The notes: generated by a model from the sequence alone, not told the origin. A stretch of DNA of 32,000 nt from Xylanibacter ruminicola 23 (GCF_000025925.1 NC_014033.1:2340001-2372000); one strand, 5' to 3'; numbered from the stretch's first letter, positions 16,057 to 25,392 are shown. Numbers and translations are program-made.

Positions 16057-18270
16057 TTATCGGATGAACAGCAGTTCTCTGTACTTAGGCAGTGGCCACA
16101 GTGCATCGTCGACAATCAGTTCGAGCTTATCGATCTGATAGCGAATCTCATCGAGCTTTGGCTCTACCTTATCATGATAAGCGATAGCCTTCTCATGCTC
16201 GTCCTCGATCTTGTTGGCCAGCTTGCGAGCGTTAACCAACTCCTCAACACCCTTCTCGATGGCAGATGTGCGCTCGGCAATCTCCTCGATAATCTTCAGG
16301 TTACGGGCGTTCAGCTTCTCGGCTTTGTCAACGGGGAATACAGCCACCATATTTTCTACATTCTTCAGCAGCTGGCTCTGATAGCTGGTAGCCACTGGAA
16401 TGATGTGGTTCATGCTCAGGTCGCCCAGTACGCGAGCCTCAATCTGAATCTTCTTGGTGTAGGTCTCCCACTTCACCTCGTTACGTGCCTCAAGCTCCTT
16501 CTTGGTCATTACACCCAGGCTCTCAAACATCTTAACGCTGGCGTCGTCGAGGTAACGCTCAAAGATTTTTGGACAGCTCTTCTCAACGTCCAGACCGCGT
16601 TTCTCGGCCTCGATAACCCACTCGTCTGAGTAGCCGTTACCATCAAAGCGGATAGGCTTACAGGTCTTGATATCCTCGCGGAGCACGTCGATGATAGCGT
16701 GGAACTTAGCGCTGTGCTCAGTACCAGCCAACTTCTTCTCGAACTCAGGAATGCGGGCATCAACACGCTTCTTGAAGTCAACCAGAGCCTCGGCTACGGC
16801 ACTGTTCAGGGCAATCATAGCGCTGGCACAGTTAGCCTCGCTACCTACGGCACGGAACTCAAAGCGGTTACCGGTAAAGGCGAATGGTGATGTACGGTTA
16901 CGGTCGGTGTTATCGATGAGCAGCTCAGGAATCTCGGGGATATCCATCTTCAGTCCCTGCTTGCCAGCCATAGCGAGGAAGTCCTTATCGGCAGTCTCGA
17001 TGTGGTCGAGCAGCTCAGAAACCTGCTTACCGAGGAACGAAGATACGATGGCTGGGGGAGCCTCGTTAGCACCCAGACGGTGAGCGTTGGTAGCACTCAT
17101 GATGCTGGCCTTCAGCAGTCCGTTGTGCTTGTAAACACCCATCAGGGTCTCAACAATAAAGGTAGCAAAGCGCAGGTTGGCCTCGGGAGTCTTACCAGGA
17201 GCGTGCAGCAGTACACCATTGTCGGTGCTCAAGCTCCAGTTGTTGTGCTTACCCGAACCGTTAATGCCAGCGAATGGCTTTTCGTGCAGCAGCACGCGGA
17301 AACCGTGCTTACGGGCTACGCGCTTCATAACCGACATCAGCAGCATATTGTGGTCAACAGCCAGGTTAGTTTCTTCAAAGATTGGTGCCAGCTCAAACTG
17401 GTTAGGTGCCACCTCGTTATGACGGGTCTTGCAAGGAACACCGAGTTCCAAAGCCTGAATCTCAAGGTCGCGCATGAAAGCAGCCACACGCTCGGGGATT
17501 GAACCAAAGTAGTGGTCGTCCATCTGCTGGTTCTTGGCACTATCGTGTCCCATCAGGGTACGACCGGTAAGCAGCAGGTCGGGGCGTGCAGCATACAGTC
17601 CCTCATCTACCAGGAAGTACTCCTGTTCCCATCCGAGGTTTGAGGTTACTTTCTTTACTGCGGGATCAAAGTAATGGCAAACATCAGTAGCAGCCACGTT
17701 GACTGCATGAAGAGCGCGCAGCAGAGGAGCCTTATAGTCAAGGGCCTCACCGCTATAACTGATAAATACTGTGGGGATACAAAGTGTATCGTCTATAATA
17801 AATACTGGAGATGTGGGATCCCATGCAGAATAACCACGTGCCTCGAATGTAGAACGGATGCCACCAGAGGGGAATGAAGAAGCATCAGGCTCCTGCTGAA
17901 CGAGCAGCTTTCCGCTGAACTCTTCAACCATACCGCCCTTGCCATCATGCTCGATAAACGAGTCGTGCTTCTCGGCAGTACCTTCGGTCAGGGGTTGGAA
18001 CCAGTGAGTATAGTGAGTTACGCCATTCTCGGTAGCCCACTGCTTGATACCAGCAGCTACAGCGTCGGCAACAGTACGATCCAAACGTGCGCCATTATCA
18101 ATTACGTCGACCATTTTCTCGTACACGTCCTTTGGCAGGTACTTGTACATTTTCTCACGATTAAAGACCTTCTTGCCAAAATACTCGCAAGGTCTCTCAC
18201 TTGGTGCTTTTACGTCGAGTGGCTTCTTCTTAAAAGCCTCGCCGACAACCTGAAATCTTAATGCTTCCAT
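16057..18270 (-). CDS. glnA: Glutamine synthetase, type III
   Basis: The 737-aa length and N-terminus (…FKKKPLDVKAPSERPCEYFGKKVFNREKMYKYLPKDVYEKM…) are typical of Bacteroidota GSIII. The catalytic core motifs are NGSGKHNNWS and HRLGANEAPPAI. Confidence 0.95.
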   Translation of the reverse strand: MEALRFQVVGEAFKKKPLDVKAPSERPCEYFGKKVFNREKMYKYLPKDVYEKMVDVIDNGARLDRTVADAVAAGIKQWATENGVTHYTHWFQPLTEGTAEKHDSFIEHDGKGGMVEEFSGKLLVQQEPDASSFPSGGIRSTFEARGYSAWDPTSPVFIIDDTLCIPTVFISYSGEALDYKAPLLRALHAVNVAATDVCHYFDPAVKKVTSNLGWEQEYFLVDEGLYAARPDLLLTGRTLMGHDSAKNQQMDDHYFGSIPERVAAFMRDLEIQALELGVPCKTRHNEVAPNQFELAPIFEETNLAVDHNMLLMSVMKRVARKHGFRVLLHEKPFAGINGSGKHNNWSLSTDNGVLLHAPGKTPEANLRFATFIVETLMGVYKHNGLLKASIMSATNAHRLGANEAPPAIVSSFLGKQVSELLDHIETADKDFLAMAGKQGLKMDIPEIPELLIDNTDRNRTSPFAFTGNRFEFRAVGSEANCASAMIALNSAVAEALVDFKKRVDARIPEFEKKLAGTEHSAKFHAIIDVLREDIKTCKPIRFDGNGYSDEWVIEAEKRGLDVEKSCPKIFERYLDDASVKMFESLGVMTKKELEARNEVKWETYTKKIQIEARVLGDLSMNHIIPVATSYQSQLLKNVENMVAVFPVDKAEKLNARNLKIIEEIAERTSAIEKGVEELVNARKLANKIEDEHEKAIAYHDKVEPKLDEIRYQIDKLELIVDDALWPLPKYRELLFIR

Positions 18271-18324
18271 AATTACTGTTTATGTTGTTATACAATTTGC
18301 TTACACTTTGCTATGATTTCGATG

Positions 18325-18332
18325 CAAAGGTA
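18325..18332 (-). promoter_or_regulatory. -7 box (TACCTTTG on the minus strand) of the glnA promoter
   Basis: Plus-strand CAAAGGTA, 55-62 nt upstream of ATG 18270. It is preceded by GATTTCGA (18315-18322), the same arrangement as at gltB. Confidence 0.5.
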
Positions 18333-18388
18333 CTACAAATTGAAAGTAAATTACCTATTTTATCGACACTTTTTATCTTGTTTTTATC

Positions 18389-18439
18389 TCGAAATTACAA
18401 ATTGTAAGTTCTGTATATGTATTTTCTTACAGATTGTAA
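18389..18439 (-). promoter_or_regulatory. Bipartite palindromic site TCGAAA-TTACAAATTGTAAG-N17-CTTACAGATTGTAA upstream of glnA
   Basis: Two TTACA-N3-TGTAA palindromes (18395-18407, 18427-18439), centres 32 bp apart. A near-identical arrangement lies upstream of gltB (25393-25444). Confidence 0.5.
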
Positions 18440-18466
18440 TCAAAATACGGGATTTAGCTAATACCT

Positions 18467-19270
18467 TTATAAAGCTATTTCGCCATCACACACAAACTCG
18501 GCCGGACCAGTCATGTACACGTGGTTGTCCTGTTCGCTCCACTCGATGGTAAGCGTGCCGCCATCCATCACAATCTGCGATGTGCGACTGGCCTTACCTG
18601 TAAGTGCGGCGGCCACAGCGGTGGCGCAGGCGCCTGTACCGCAAGCCTGGGTGATACCACTGCCACGCTCCCACACACGGGTACGGATGCCGCCGTCAGC
18701 CTCTACACGGGCAAACTCGATGTTACATCTTTGTGGGAATGCAGGGTGATATTCGAGTGCGGGGCCTGCTTCGCCAACCTGATCCACATCATCGGTAAAT
18801 ATCACGTAGTGGGGATTGCCCATCGATACGAATGTGCCATGACCAGGGTTACGCGATGGCAGGAACTGCGACTCGTTTTCAAGTACAGGCTCGCCCATAT
18901 CTACGGTAACACTCTCTACAAAACCATCGGTTACGTGCAGACTGAGCACTTTTACACCCGAAAGGGTGAGCAGGCGAATCTCGGTCAGGTCGGTCATACC
19001 GCGCTCGTAAAGGTACTTACCTATACAGCGACTGGCATTACCGCACATCATGGCCTCGCTACCGTCGGCATTAAAAATGCGCATGGTAAAATCAGCCTCA
19101 GGAACGGTAGATTTGCCAATGAGTACCAGTCCGTCGGAACCGATGCCCTTGTGGCGGTGGCTCCACTTAATGGAGGCCGCCTCAGGGTCGGGTATATTGT
19201 ACTGCGTGGTGTCAACGTAGATGTAGTCGTTACCACAGCCGTGCATCTTGGTGAAATGGATCTTGCTCAT
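18467..19270 (-). CDS. dapF: Diaminopimelate epimerase
   Basis: 267 aa. Motifs: [28 protein letters not shown] and [14 protein letters not shown] (the two catalytic Cys motifs). Confidence 0.95.
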   Translation of the reverse strand: MSKIHFTKMHGCGNDYIYVDTTQYNIPDPEAASIKWSHRHKGIGSDGLVLIGKSTVPEADFTMRIFNADGSEAMMCGNASRCIGKYLYERGMTDLTEIRLLTLSGVKVLSLHVTDGFVESVTVDMGEPVLENESQFLPSRNPGHGTFVSMGNPHYVIFTDDVDQVGEAGPALEYHPAFPQRCNIEFARVEADGGIRTRVWERGSGITQACGTGACATAVAAALTGKASRTSQIVMDGGTLTIEWSEQDNHVYMTGPAEFVCDGEIAL

Positions 19271-19274
19271 GCTA

Positions 19275-19306
19275 ATTTTTACATTTTTGCATTTTTACAT
19301 TTTTGC
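19275..19306 (-). repeat. 16-bp tandem duplication (minus strand GCAAAAATGTAAAAAT x2) spanning the gltD stop and the gltD-dapF spacer
   Basis: Plus-strand atttttacatttttgc occurs at 19275-19290 and 19291-19306. One copy supplies the last Met codon and the TAA of gltD. Confidence 0.7.
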
Positions 19307-20704
19307 ACTTAAAAAGCTGTTCACCTTCTGGGCTGTCTGGCGGCCGCTGGCCATAGCGCGCACTACAAGAGAGGCGCCATTGGCCGCATCGCCACAAACA
19401 AACACATTATTACCATAAGCGGGATGCTCTGGCTTCAAGAATCCCATGGCCAACAATACCAGTTCAGCTTTTATAATCTCGGGCTTACCCTTCTCAACCA
19501 TGATGGGGCGACCGCCTTCGGGATTTGGTTTCCAATCTATCTCCTGTACCTTTACGCCGGTAAGCTTACCGTCCTTACCTAGGAACTCCAGGGTATTGAT
19601 GTTCCAACGGCGGGTGCAGCCCTCCTCATGACTTGATGTAGTCTTCAGGGTGCGAGGCCATTCGGGCCAAGGGTTCTGTGGGTCTTCGGGCCCCTCAACG
19701 GGCTTAGGCATAATCTCAATCTGGGTAACGCTCTTACAACCCTGACGATGGGCTGTACCAATGCAGTCGCTACCTGTATCACCACCACCTATTACCAGCA
19801 CGTCCTTGCCTTTGGCTGTTACGCGCTCGTCCTTACTGAACTCCATGCCTGCCAGCACGCGGTTCTGCTGCGACAGCATGTCGAGAGCAAAGTGTACGCC
19901 CTTGAGTTCGCGGCCAGGGGCTTTCAGATCGCGGGCTGTTGGAGTACCTGATGCAATCACGATTGCATCAAAGGCCTCTCCCCCCGCCCTCTCCAAAAAG
20001 AGAGGGAGCTGCTGTGCATCGGTGTCCCCACTCCCTTTGGAGGGGGTTAGGGGGAGGCTCACACCGTACTTAAACTCGATACCCTCCTGCTCCAGCAGGG
20101 CGATACGACGGTCGATAACGGCCTTGTTCAGTTTAAAGTTAGGGATACCGTAGCGCAGCAATCCGCCTGCAGCTTCGTTTTTCTCAAACACGGTAACGGT
20201 ATATCCCATGTGGTTCAGGTCGTTGGCAGCAGCCAGTCCGGCAGGGCCGGCACCAATCACAGCCACCTTCTTACCGTTGCGAACGATGTCGGTCTTAGGC
20301 TGGATAAAGCCCTCCTGAAATGCCATCTCGGTGATGGCAGCCTCGTCCTCACGGTTGGTGGTTGGCTCGTGGTTAAAGCGGTTCAGCACGCAAGCCTTCT
20401 CGCACAGTGCAGGACAGATACGACCTGTGAACTCGGGGAAGGGGTTGGTGGTGTTCAGCAACTGATAGGCCAACTCAAAGTCGCCTTTGTACAGGGCGTC
20501 GTTCCACTCGGGTGCTTTGTTGCCCAGCGGACAGGCCCAGTGGCAGAAGGGCACGCCGCAATCCATACAGCGGCTGGCCTGCAGTTTGCGTTCGCGAGTG
20601 CTGAGCGTCTGCTCTACCTCGCCAAAATCGTGGATTCTATCGTGAATCGGACGGTAACCCGCCTCCTGGCGGTGTATCTCTAAAAATGCTTTTGGATTTC
20701 CCAT
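19295..20704 (-). CDS. gltD: Glutamate synthase (NADPH) small subunit
   Basis: 469 aa. N-terminal Fe-S Cys clusters (CMDCGVPFCHWACPL, CPALCEKAC), the dinucleotide fold KKVAVIGAGPAGLAAA, and a second fold VLVIGGGDTGSDC. Confidence 0.95.
   Translation of the reverse strand: MGNPKAFLEIHRQEAGYRPIHDRIHDFGEVEQTLSTRERKLQASRCMDCGVPFCHWACPLGNKAPEWNDALYKGDFELAYQLLNTTNPFPEFTGRICPALCEKACVLNRFNHEPTTNREDEAAITEMAFQEGFIQPKTDIVRNGKKVAVIGAGPAGLAAANDLNHMGYTVTVFEKNEAAGGLLRYGIPNFKLNKAVIDRRIALLEQEGIEFKYGVSLPLTPSKGSGDTDAQQLPLFLERAGGEAFDAIVIASGTPTARDLKAPGRELKGVHFALDMLSQQNRVLAGMEFSKDERVTAKGKDVLVIGGGDTGSDCIGTAHRQGCKSVTQIEIMPKPVEGPEDPQNPWPEWPRTLKTTSSHEEGCTRRWNINTLEFLGKDGKLTGVKVQEIDWKPNPEGGRPIMVEKGKPEIIKAELVLLAMGFLKPEHPAYGNNVFVCGDAANGASLVVRAMASGRQTAQKVNSFLSAKM
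19974..20058. repeat. GC-rich hairpin-forming insertion inside gltD, translated in frame
   Basis: gcctctccccccgCCCTCTCcaaaaaGAGAGGGagctgctgtgcatcggtgtCCCCACTCCctttGGAGGGGGttagggggaggc. It has two internal hairpins and imperfect terminal inverted repeats (GCCTCTCCCCC / GGGGGAGGC). It encodes SLPLTPSKGSGDTDAQQLPLFLERAGGEA. Confidence 0.55.
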
Positions 20705-20795
20705 TGTGTAAAATTTAAAAATTTAAGAATTTAAAAATTTAAAAATGAAATGCGACAACTTTTACATTATTACATTTTCTAATTTTTACATTTTA
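20705..20795 (-). repeat. gltB-gltD intercistronic spacer of AT-rich short tandem repeats with three sense-strand ATG-TAA units
   Basis: Minus strand: TAGtaaaATGTAAaaattagaaaATGTAAtaATGTAAaag...tttttaaatttttaaattcttaaatttttaaattttacacaATG. It shares the 19-mer AAAATGTAATAATGTAAAA with the susC-susD spacer. Confidence 0.6.
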
Positions 20796-23700
20796 CTAAT
20801 AGTCGCGCTGGATGTCGGCAATCTTCTCGTGCAGGCGCGCCATCTTCTCTTCTTCGAGCACGCGTTTGTACTCGATAGGCACAACCTGGATAAAGTCCTC
20901 GATGTAGCGGTGCCAGTCGTCGAGCATACGTCCTGCCAGGGCCGAGCCTGTGTGCAGATAGTGCTCACGAATCAGCTCCAACAGTTCTTTGCGCGATACG
21001 CTGTCCTCAACCAGCGAGAGTTCAACCATATCCATGTTGCAGAAGTAGTCGAATGTGTGATCGGGGTCGTAAACATAGGCCACGCCACCACTCATACCGG
21101 CAGCAAAGTTTCGGCCTGTCTTACCCAGCACTACCACACGTCCGCCAGTCATGTACTCGCAGCAGTGGTCGCCGGCACCTTCAATCACAGCGATGGCACC
21201 CGAGTTACGCACTCCGAAGCGCTCGCCTACCTTACCATTTATATAGAGTTCGCCCGATGTAGCACCGTAAAGTCCGGTGTTACCTGCGATAATATTTTCT
21301 TCAGCCTTAAAGTCGTCGCTGCGGCGAGCTGGAGGCAGAATAGAGATGCGACCACCCGAAAGGCCCTTACCAAAGTAGTCGTTGGTCTCACCCTCGAGGC
21401 GCAAATCCAGTCCCTTCACGGCAAAGGCACCGAAACTCTGACCAGCCGAGCCCTTGAACTTAATTTTGATAGTTCCGTCGGGCAGTCCTTCCTCGCCGTA
21501 CTTCTGGGCAATCACACCACTCAGCATGGTACCCACGGCACGGTCGGTATTCTTGATGGCATAGTCGAGTGTTACCTCTTCCTGGTTCTCGATGGCCTTC
21601 TGTGCAGCCTTAATCATCTCCTCGTCCTTCACGCCTGTCACCTTGGTGTAGGCACCGCGATCCCAGTACAGAGCCTTGTCGGTTGCAGGCTTGTGCAGCA
21701 AGCGTGCAAAGTCGATGGTCTTCTGCTTGTCGGTAGCGTTCTCGGTGTTCACCTCAATCAGTTCGGTGTGTCCGATAATCTCCTTCAGACTCTTCACGCC
21801 GATTTCACTCAGGTATTCGCGCACCTGCTCGGCCAGGAAGGTAAAGAAGTTAACCACGTACTCGGCTCTACCCTCAAAATGCTTACGCAGCTCGGGGTTC
21901 TGGGTAGCCACACCCATGGGGCAGGTATTGGTATTACACTTACGCATCATCACACAGCCCAGAACAATCAGGGGCAGTGTTCCGAACGAGAACTCGTCGG
22001 CACCAAGCATAGCCATGATTATCACGTCCTTGGCAGTCTTCAGCTGTCCGTCGGTCTGCAGGCGAACCTGGTTACGCAGGCCGTTCATCACCAGTGTCTG
22101 CTGGGTCTCGGCCAGTCCGATCTCAGGACTAATACCTGCAAATCGCATACTTGAAGCAGGGCTGGCACCTGTACCACCCTCGGCACCACTGATAACAATC
22201 AGATCGGCCTTGGCCTTTGCCACACCAGCGGCAATGGTTCCTACACCGCTCTCGGCCACCAGTTTTACGCTGACGGCAGCTGTGGGGTTGATATTCTTCA
22301 GGTCGAAGATAAGCTGTGCCAGGTCCTCGATACTGTAGATATCGTGATGTGGTGGAGGCGAGATGAGCGAGATACCGGGGATGGCGTTACGTGTCTTGGC
22401 GATAATCTCGTTAACCTTAAAGCCAGGCAGCTGTCCGCCCTCACCAGGTTTTGCTCCTTGTGCCACCTTAATCTGTATCTCCTCGGCATTCACCAGGTAC
22501 TCGGCGGTTACACCGAAACGTCCACTGGCAATCTGCTTGGTCTTCGAGCTCAAGCTTACACCGTCAACCTCCGAGTGGTAGCGGGCGTTGTCCTCACCAC
22601 CCTCACCGGTGTTACTGCGGGCGCCCAGCTTGTTCATGGCCAGTGCCAGTGCCTCGTGGGCCTCGATGCTCAGGGCACCGAAACTCATAGCACCTGTAAC
22701 AAAATGCTTAACAATGCTTTCTACGCTCTCAACCTCGTCGATTGGGGTTGGCTTAGCAGCCTTCTTGAATCCGAAGAAGTCGCGGATAAAGATGGGGCTC
22801 TCCTTCTCATCCACCAGCTTCGACCACTGCTTGAACTTTTCGTAGTTACCCTGACGGGTAGCCAACTGCAGCTTAGCGATGGTCTCGGGGTTCCAGGCGT
22901 GCTTAATACCATCCTTACGCCATGCAAACTGGCCCTGGTTCTGCAGCAGTGTCTGCTCCTTGGCAGCCTCGTGCAGCGCAATGGCATCACGGGCTATCTC
23001 CTTCAGGCCTACACCACCAATGGTGCTCACCTCGGTACCGAAGTAGCGGCGCAGCAGATCCTCGCTCAGTCCGATGCTCTCAAAGATCTTGGCACCGCGG
23101 TAGCTGCGGATGGTGCTGATACCCATCTTACTCATAATCTTCTTCAGACCCTTGTCCACGGCCTTGATGTAGTTCTTCTCGGCGGTGGCGTACTCCTCCT
23201 GAATCTTGTGGTGCTTCACCAGATCGTCGAGTACCGCAAACGTCATGTATGGGCACAGGGCGCTGGCTCCGTAACCCAGCAGCAGGGCTGCGTGCATTAC
23301 CTCGCGAATCTCACCGCTCTCAACAATCAGAGCTGTCTGCACACGCTTACCTACGCTAATCAGGTAGTGGTGAACAGCACTAACGGCCAACAGCGATGGG
23401 ATGGCGGCATGGGTATCGTCCAGGTCGCGGTCGCTCAGGATAATGTAGTTCACACCCTCATCTACACTGGCTTCGGCCTGGTGGCACAGGTCGTCCAGAG
23501 CCTGGCGCAAGCCTTCCTCACCCTTGGCCATCTCAAACACGATAGGCAACTTCTTGGTGTTGAAGCCCTTGTAGCGGATGTTACAAAGTATATCAAGTTG
23601 TGTGTTGGTTAAAACTGGTTGCGGCAGGCGCACCATCTTACAGTTAGATGCGTCGGGTGTCAGAATGTTGGTGCCTACAGCGCCGATATACTCGGTTAGA

Positions 23701-25289
23701 CTCATCACCAGTTCCTCGCGGATAGGGTCGATGGCAGGGTTGGTAACCTGTGCAAACTGCTGACGGAAGTAGTTGAACAGCACCTGTGGACGGTCGCTGA
23801 TAACGGCCAGCGGTGTGTCGTTACCCATGGCAGCTACAGGCTCCTGTCCGGCTGTGGCCATAGGGATAATCGTCTTGTCGATATCCTCCTGACCGAATCC
23901 GAAGGTAACCAGCTTCTGCTGCAAGTCGCTCACACCGTTATCCACCTTACGTCCGCTCTTCAGTTTCTCAAGCTGCACGCGGTTCTCGGCCAGCCACTCG
24001 CGGTAAGGATGCGCCTTGGCCAGCTTCTCCTTAATCTCGCCATCGTAGTAAATCTTGCCTTCCTGCGTATCAATCAGCAGAATCTTTCCTGGCTGCAGGC
24101 GTCCCTTCGAAACCACGTCGCCGGGCTCAAAGTCCATCACGCCAACCTCAGAGGCTACCACCATCATACCTTGCTTGGTGATGGTGTAGCGGCTGGGGCG
24201 CAGTCCGTTGCGGTCCAGCATACCGCCTGCGTAGCGACCATCGCTAAACAGCAGTGCGGCAGGACCGTCCCACGGCTCCATCAGGATAGAGTGATATTCG
24301 TAGAAGGCTTTCAAATCTTCTGAAATAGGGTTCTTATCGTTAAAGCTCTCGGGCACCAGGATGGCCATGGCCTGTGGCAACGAGAGTCCGCTCATCATCA
24401 GGAACTCGAATACGTTGTCCAAGCTGGCCGAGTCGCTCATGCCGTCCTGCACAATCGGGCGCAAGTCCTTGATATCGCCCAGCGCCTCGCTGCTCAGCAC
24501 ACTCTCTCTTGCCTTCATCCAGCCGCGGTTACCACGAATGGTGTTAATCTCACCGTTGTGGGCCAGCAGACGGAAAGGCTGTGCCAGCTTCCATTTTGGG
24601 AATGTATTAGTCGAGAAACGCGAGTGAACCAAGGCCAGTCCGCTCGTAAAGTAATCGTTCGAAAGATCAGGGAAATAGCGACGCAGCTGTCCGCTGGTAA
24701 GCATCCCCTTGTAGATAATATTCTTGCTTGATAGCGAGCACAAGTAGAAGTCCTCATCATCAATGCGGTTCTCAATGCGCTTGCGTACCTTATATAATAT
24801 ACGCTCAAACACGGGCACGTTATCCTCCGACACGCCCGTTACAAATATCTGCTTAATGTCGGGTTCCACCTCGCGGGCAGCCACACCCAGCACCTCGGGG
24901 TTGGTGGGCACCGTACGCAGGTGCATCAGCTGCAGGCCCTCGCGCTCAATCTCCTCAATCATCACGCTCAGAATCTGCTGCTGGGCCTTCTCGTCCTTAG
25001 GCAGAAAAACCAGACCAGTGCCGTACTTACCCTTTTCGGGCACGGGGATACCCTGTAACAAAATAAACTCGTGGGGTATCTGTACCATGATACCCGCACC
25101 ATCACCGGTCTTGTCGCGTGTCTCGGCGCCACGGTGTTCCATGTTCTCAAGCACCTTCAGTGCATTGTCAACCAGATCATGACTTTTTCCGCCGTGTATG
25201 TTAACCACCATACCCACGCCGCAAGCATCATGCTCATAGTCAGATTGGTAGAGTCCTTTTTTGGGTTGAGTTTGCTTTCTTTTTGTCAT
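20796..25289 (-). CDS. gltB: Glutamate synthase large subunit
   Basis: N-terminus MTKRKQTQPKKGLYQSDYEHDACGVGMVV (amidotransferase Cys). The FMN and GXGXG domains are present. I place the start at ATG 25289, because a -7 box (25331-25338) lies inside the ORF-track extension to 25355. Confidence 0.95.
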   Translation of the reverse strand: MTKRKQTQPKKGLYQSDYEHDACGVGMVVNIHGGKSHDLVDNALKVLENMEHRGAETRDKTGDGAGIMVQIPHEFILLQGIPVPEKGKYGTGLVFLPKDEKAQQQILSVMIEEIEREGLQLMHLRTVPTNPEVLGVAAREVEPDIKQIFVTGVSEDNVPVFERILYKVRKRIENRIDDEDFYLCSLSSKNIIYKGMLTSGQLRRYFPDLSNDYFTSGLALVHSRFSTNTFPKWKLAQPFRLLAHNGEINTIRGNRGWMKARESVLSSEALGDIKDLRPIVQDGMSDSASLDNVFEFLMMSGLSLPQAMAILVPESFNDKNPISEDLKAFYEYHSILMEPWDGPAALLFSDGRYAGGMLDRNGLRPSRYTITKQGMMVVASEVGVMDFEPGDVVSKGRLQPGKILLIDTQEGKIYYDGEIKEKLAKAHPYREWLAENRVQLEKLKSGRKVDNGVSDLQQKLVTFGFGQEDIDKTIIPMATAGQEPVAAMGNDTPLAVISDRPQVLFNYFRQQFAQVTNPAIDPIREELVMSLTEYIGAVGTNILTPDASNCKMVRLPQPVLTNTQLDILCNIRYKGFNTKKLPIVFEMAKGEEGLRQALDDLCHQAEASVDEGVNYIILSDRDLDDTHAAIPSLLAVSAVHHYLISVGKRVQTALIVESGEIREVMHAALLLGYGASALCPYMTFAVLDDLVKHHKIQEEYATAEKNYIKAVDKGLKKIMSKMGISTIRSYRGAKIFESIGLSEDLLRRYFGTEVSTIGGVGLKEIARDAIALHEAAKEQTLLQNQGQFAWRKDGIKHAWNPETIAKLQLATRQGNYEKFKQWSKLVDEKESPIFIRDFFGFKKAAKPTPIDEVESVESIVKHFVTGAMSFGALSIEAHEALALAMNKLGARSNTGEGGEDNARYHSEVDGVSLSSKTKQIASGRFGVTAEYLVNAEEIQIKVAQGAKPGEGGQLPGFKVNEIIAKTRNAIPGISLISPPPHHDIYSIEDLAQLIFDLKNINPTAAVSVKLVAESGVGTIAAGVAKAKADLIVISGAEGGTGASPASSMRFAGISPEIGLAETQQTLVMNGLRNQVRLQTDGQLKTAKDVIIMAMLGADEFSFGTLPLIVLGCVMMRKCNTNTCPMGVATQNPELRKHFEGRAEYVVNFFTFLAEQVREYLSEIGVKSLKEIIGHTELIEVNTENATDKQKTIDFARLLHKPATDKALYWDRGAYTKVTGVKDEEMIKAAQKAIENQEEVTLDYAIKNTDRAVGTMLSGVIAQKYGEEGLPDGTIKIKFKGSAGQSFGAFAVKGLDLRLEGETNDYFGKGLSGGRISILPPARRSDDFKAEENIIAGNTGLYGATSGELYINGKVGERFGVRNSGAIAVIEGAGDHCCEYMTGGRVVVLGKTGRNFAAGMSGGVAYVYDPDHTFDYFCNMDMVELSLVEDSVSRKELLELIREHYLHTGSALAGRMLDDWHRYIEDFIQVVPIEYKRVLEEEKMARLHEKIADIQRDY

Positions 25290-25330
25290 ATTATCCTTTG
25301 TTAATCTTACATTTTGTCCGATTTCGACCG

Positions 25331-25338
25331 CAAAGGTA
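25331..25338 (-). promoter_or_regulatory. -7 box (TACCTTTG on the minus strand) of the gltB-gltD-dapF promoter
   Basis: Plus-strand CAAAGGTA, 42-49 nt upstream of ATG 25289. It is preceded by GATTTCGA (25320-25327), as at glnA. Confidence 0.5.
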
Positions 25339-25392
25339 TAACGTTTTGCTATCAAACAAGCCGAAACGCTGACGTTTTTATCTACATTTTTG

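Noticed and set aside
18313-18552. 79-aa plus-strand ORF spanning the glnA promoter and the dapF 3' end
   Set aside because: It covers the promoter and operator region and overlaps dapF antisense. The translation is AT-rich and low-complexity.
20745-23612. Two very long plus-strand ORFs (20745-22154, 469 aa; 22344-23612, 422 aa) antisense to gltB
   Set aside because: They mirror a gene with unambiguous glutamate synthase motifs on the other strand. Their translations are low-complexity (rich in L, V, H, G, T, Q) with no recognisable motif. This is typical of stop-poor antisense frames in genes with GC-rich third positions.
25290-25355. 22-codon upstream extension of gltB in the ORF track
   Set aside because: A TAnnTTTG -7 box (25331-25338) lies inside it. 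The ATG at 25289 gives the canonical MTKRK...HDACGVG N-terminus.
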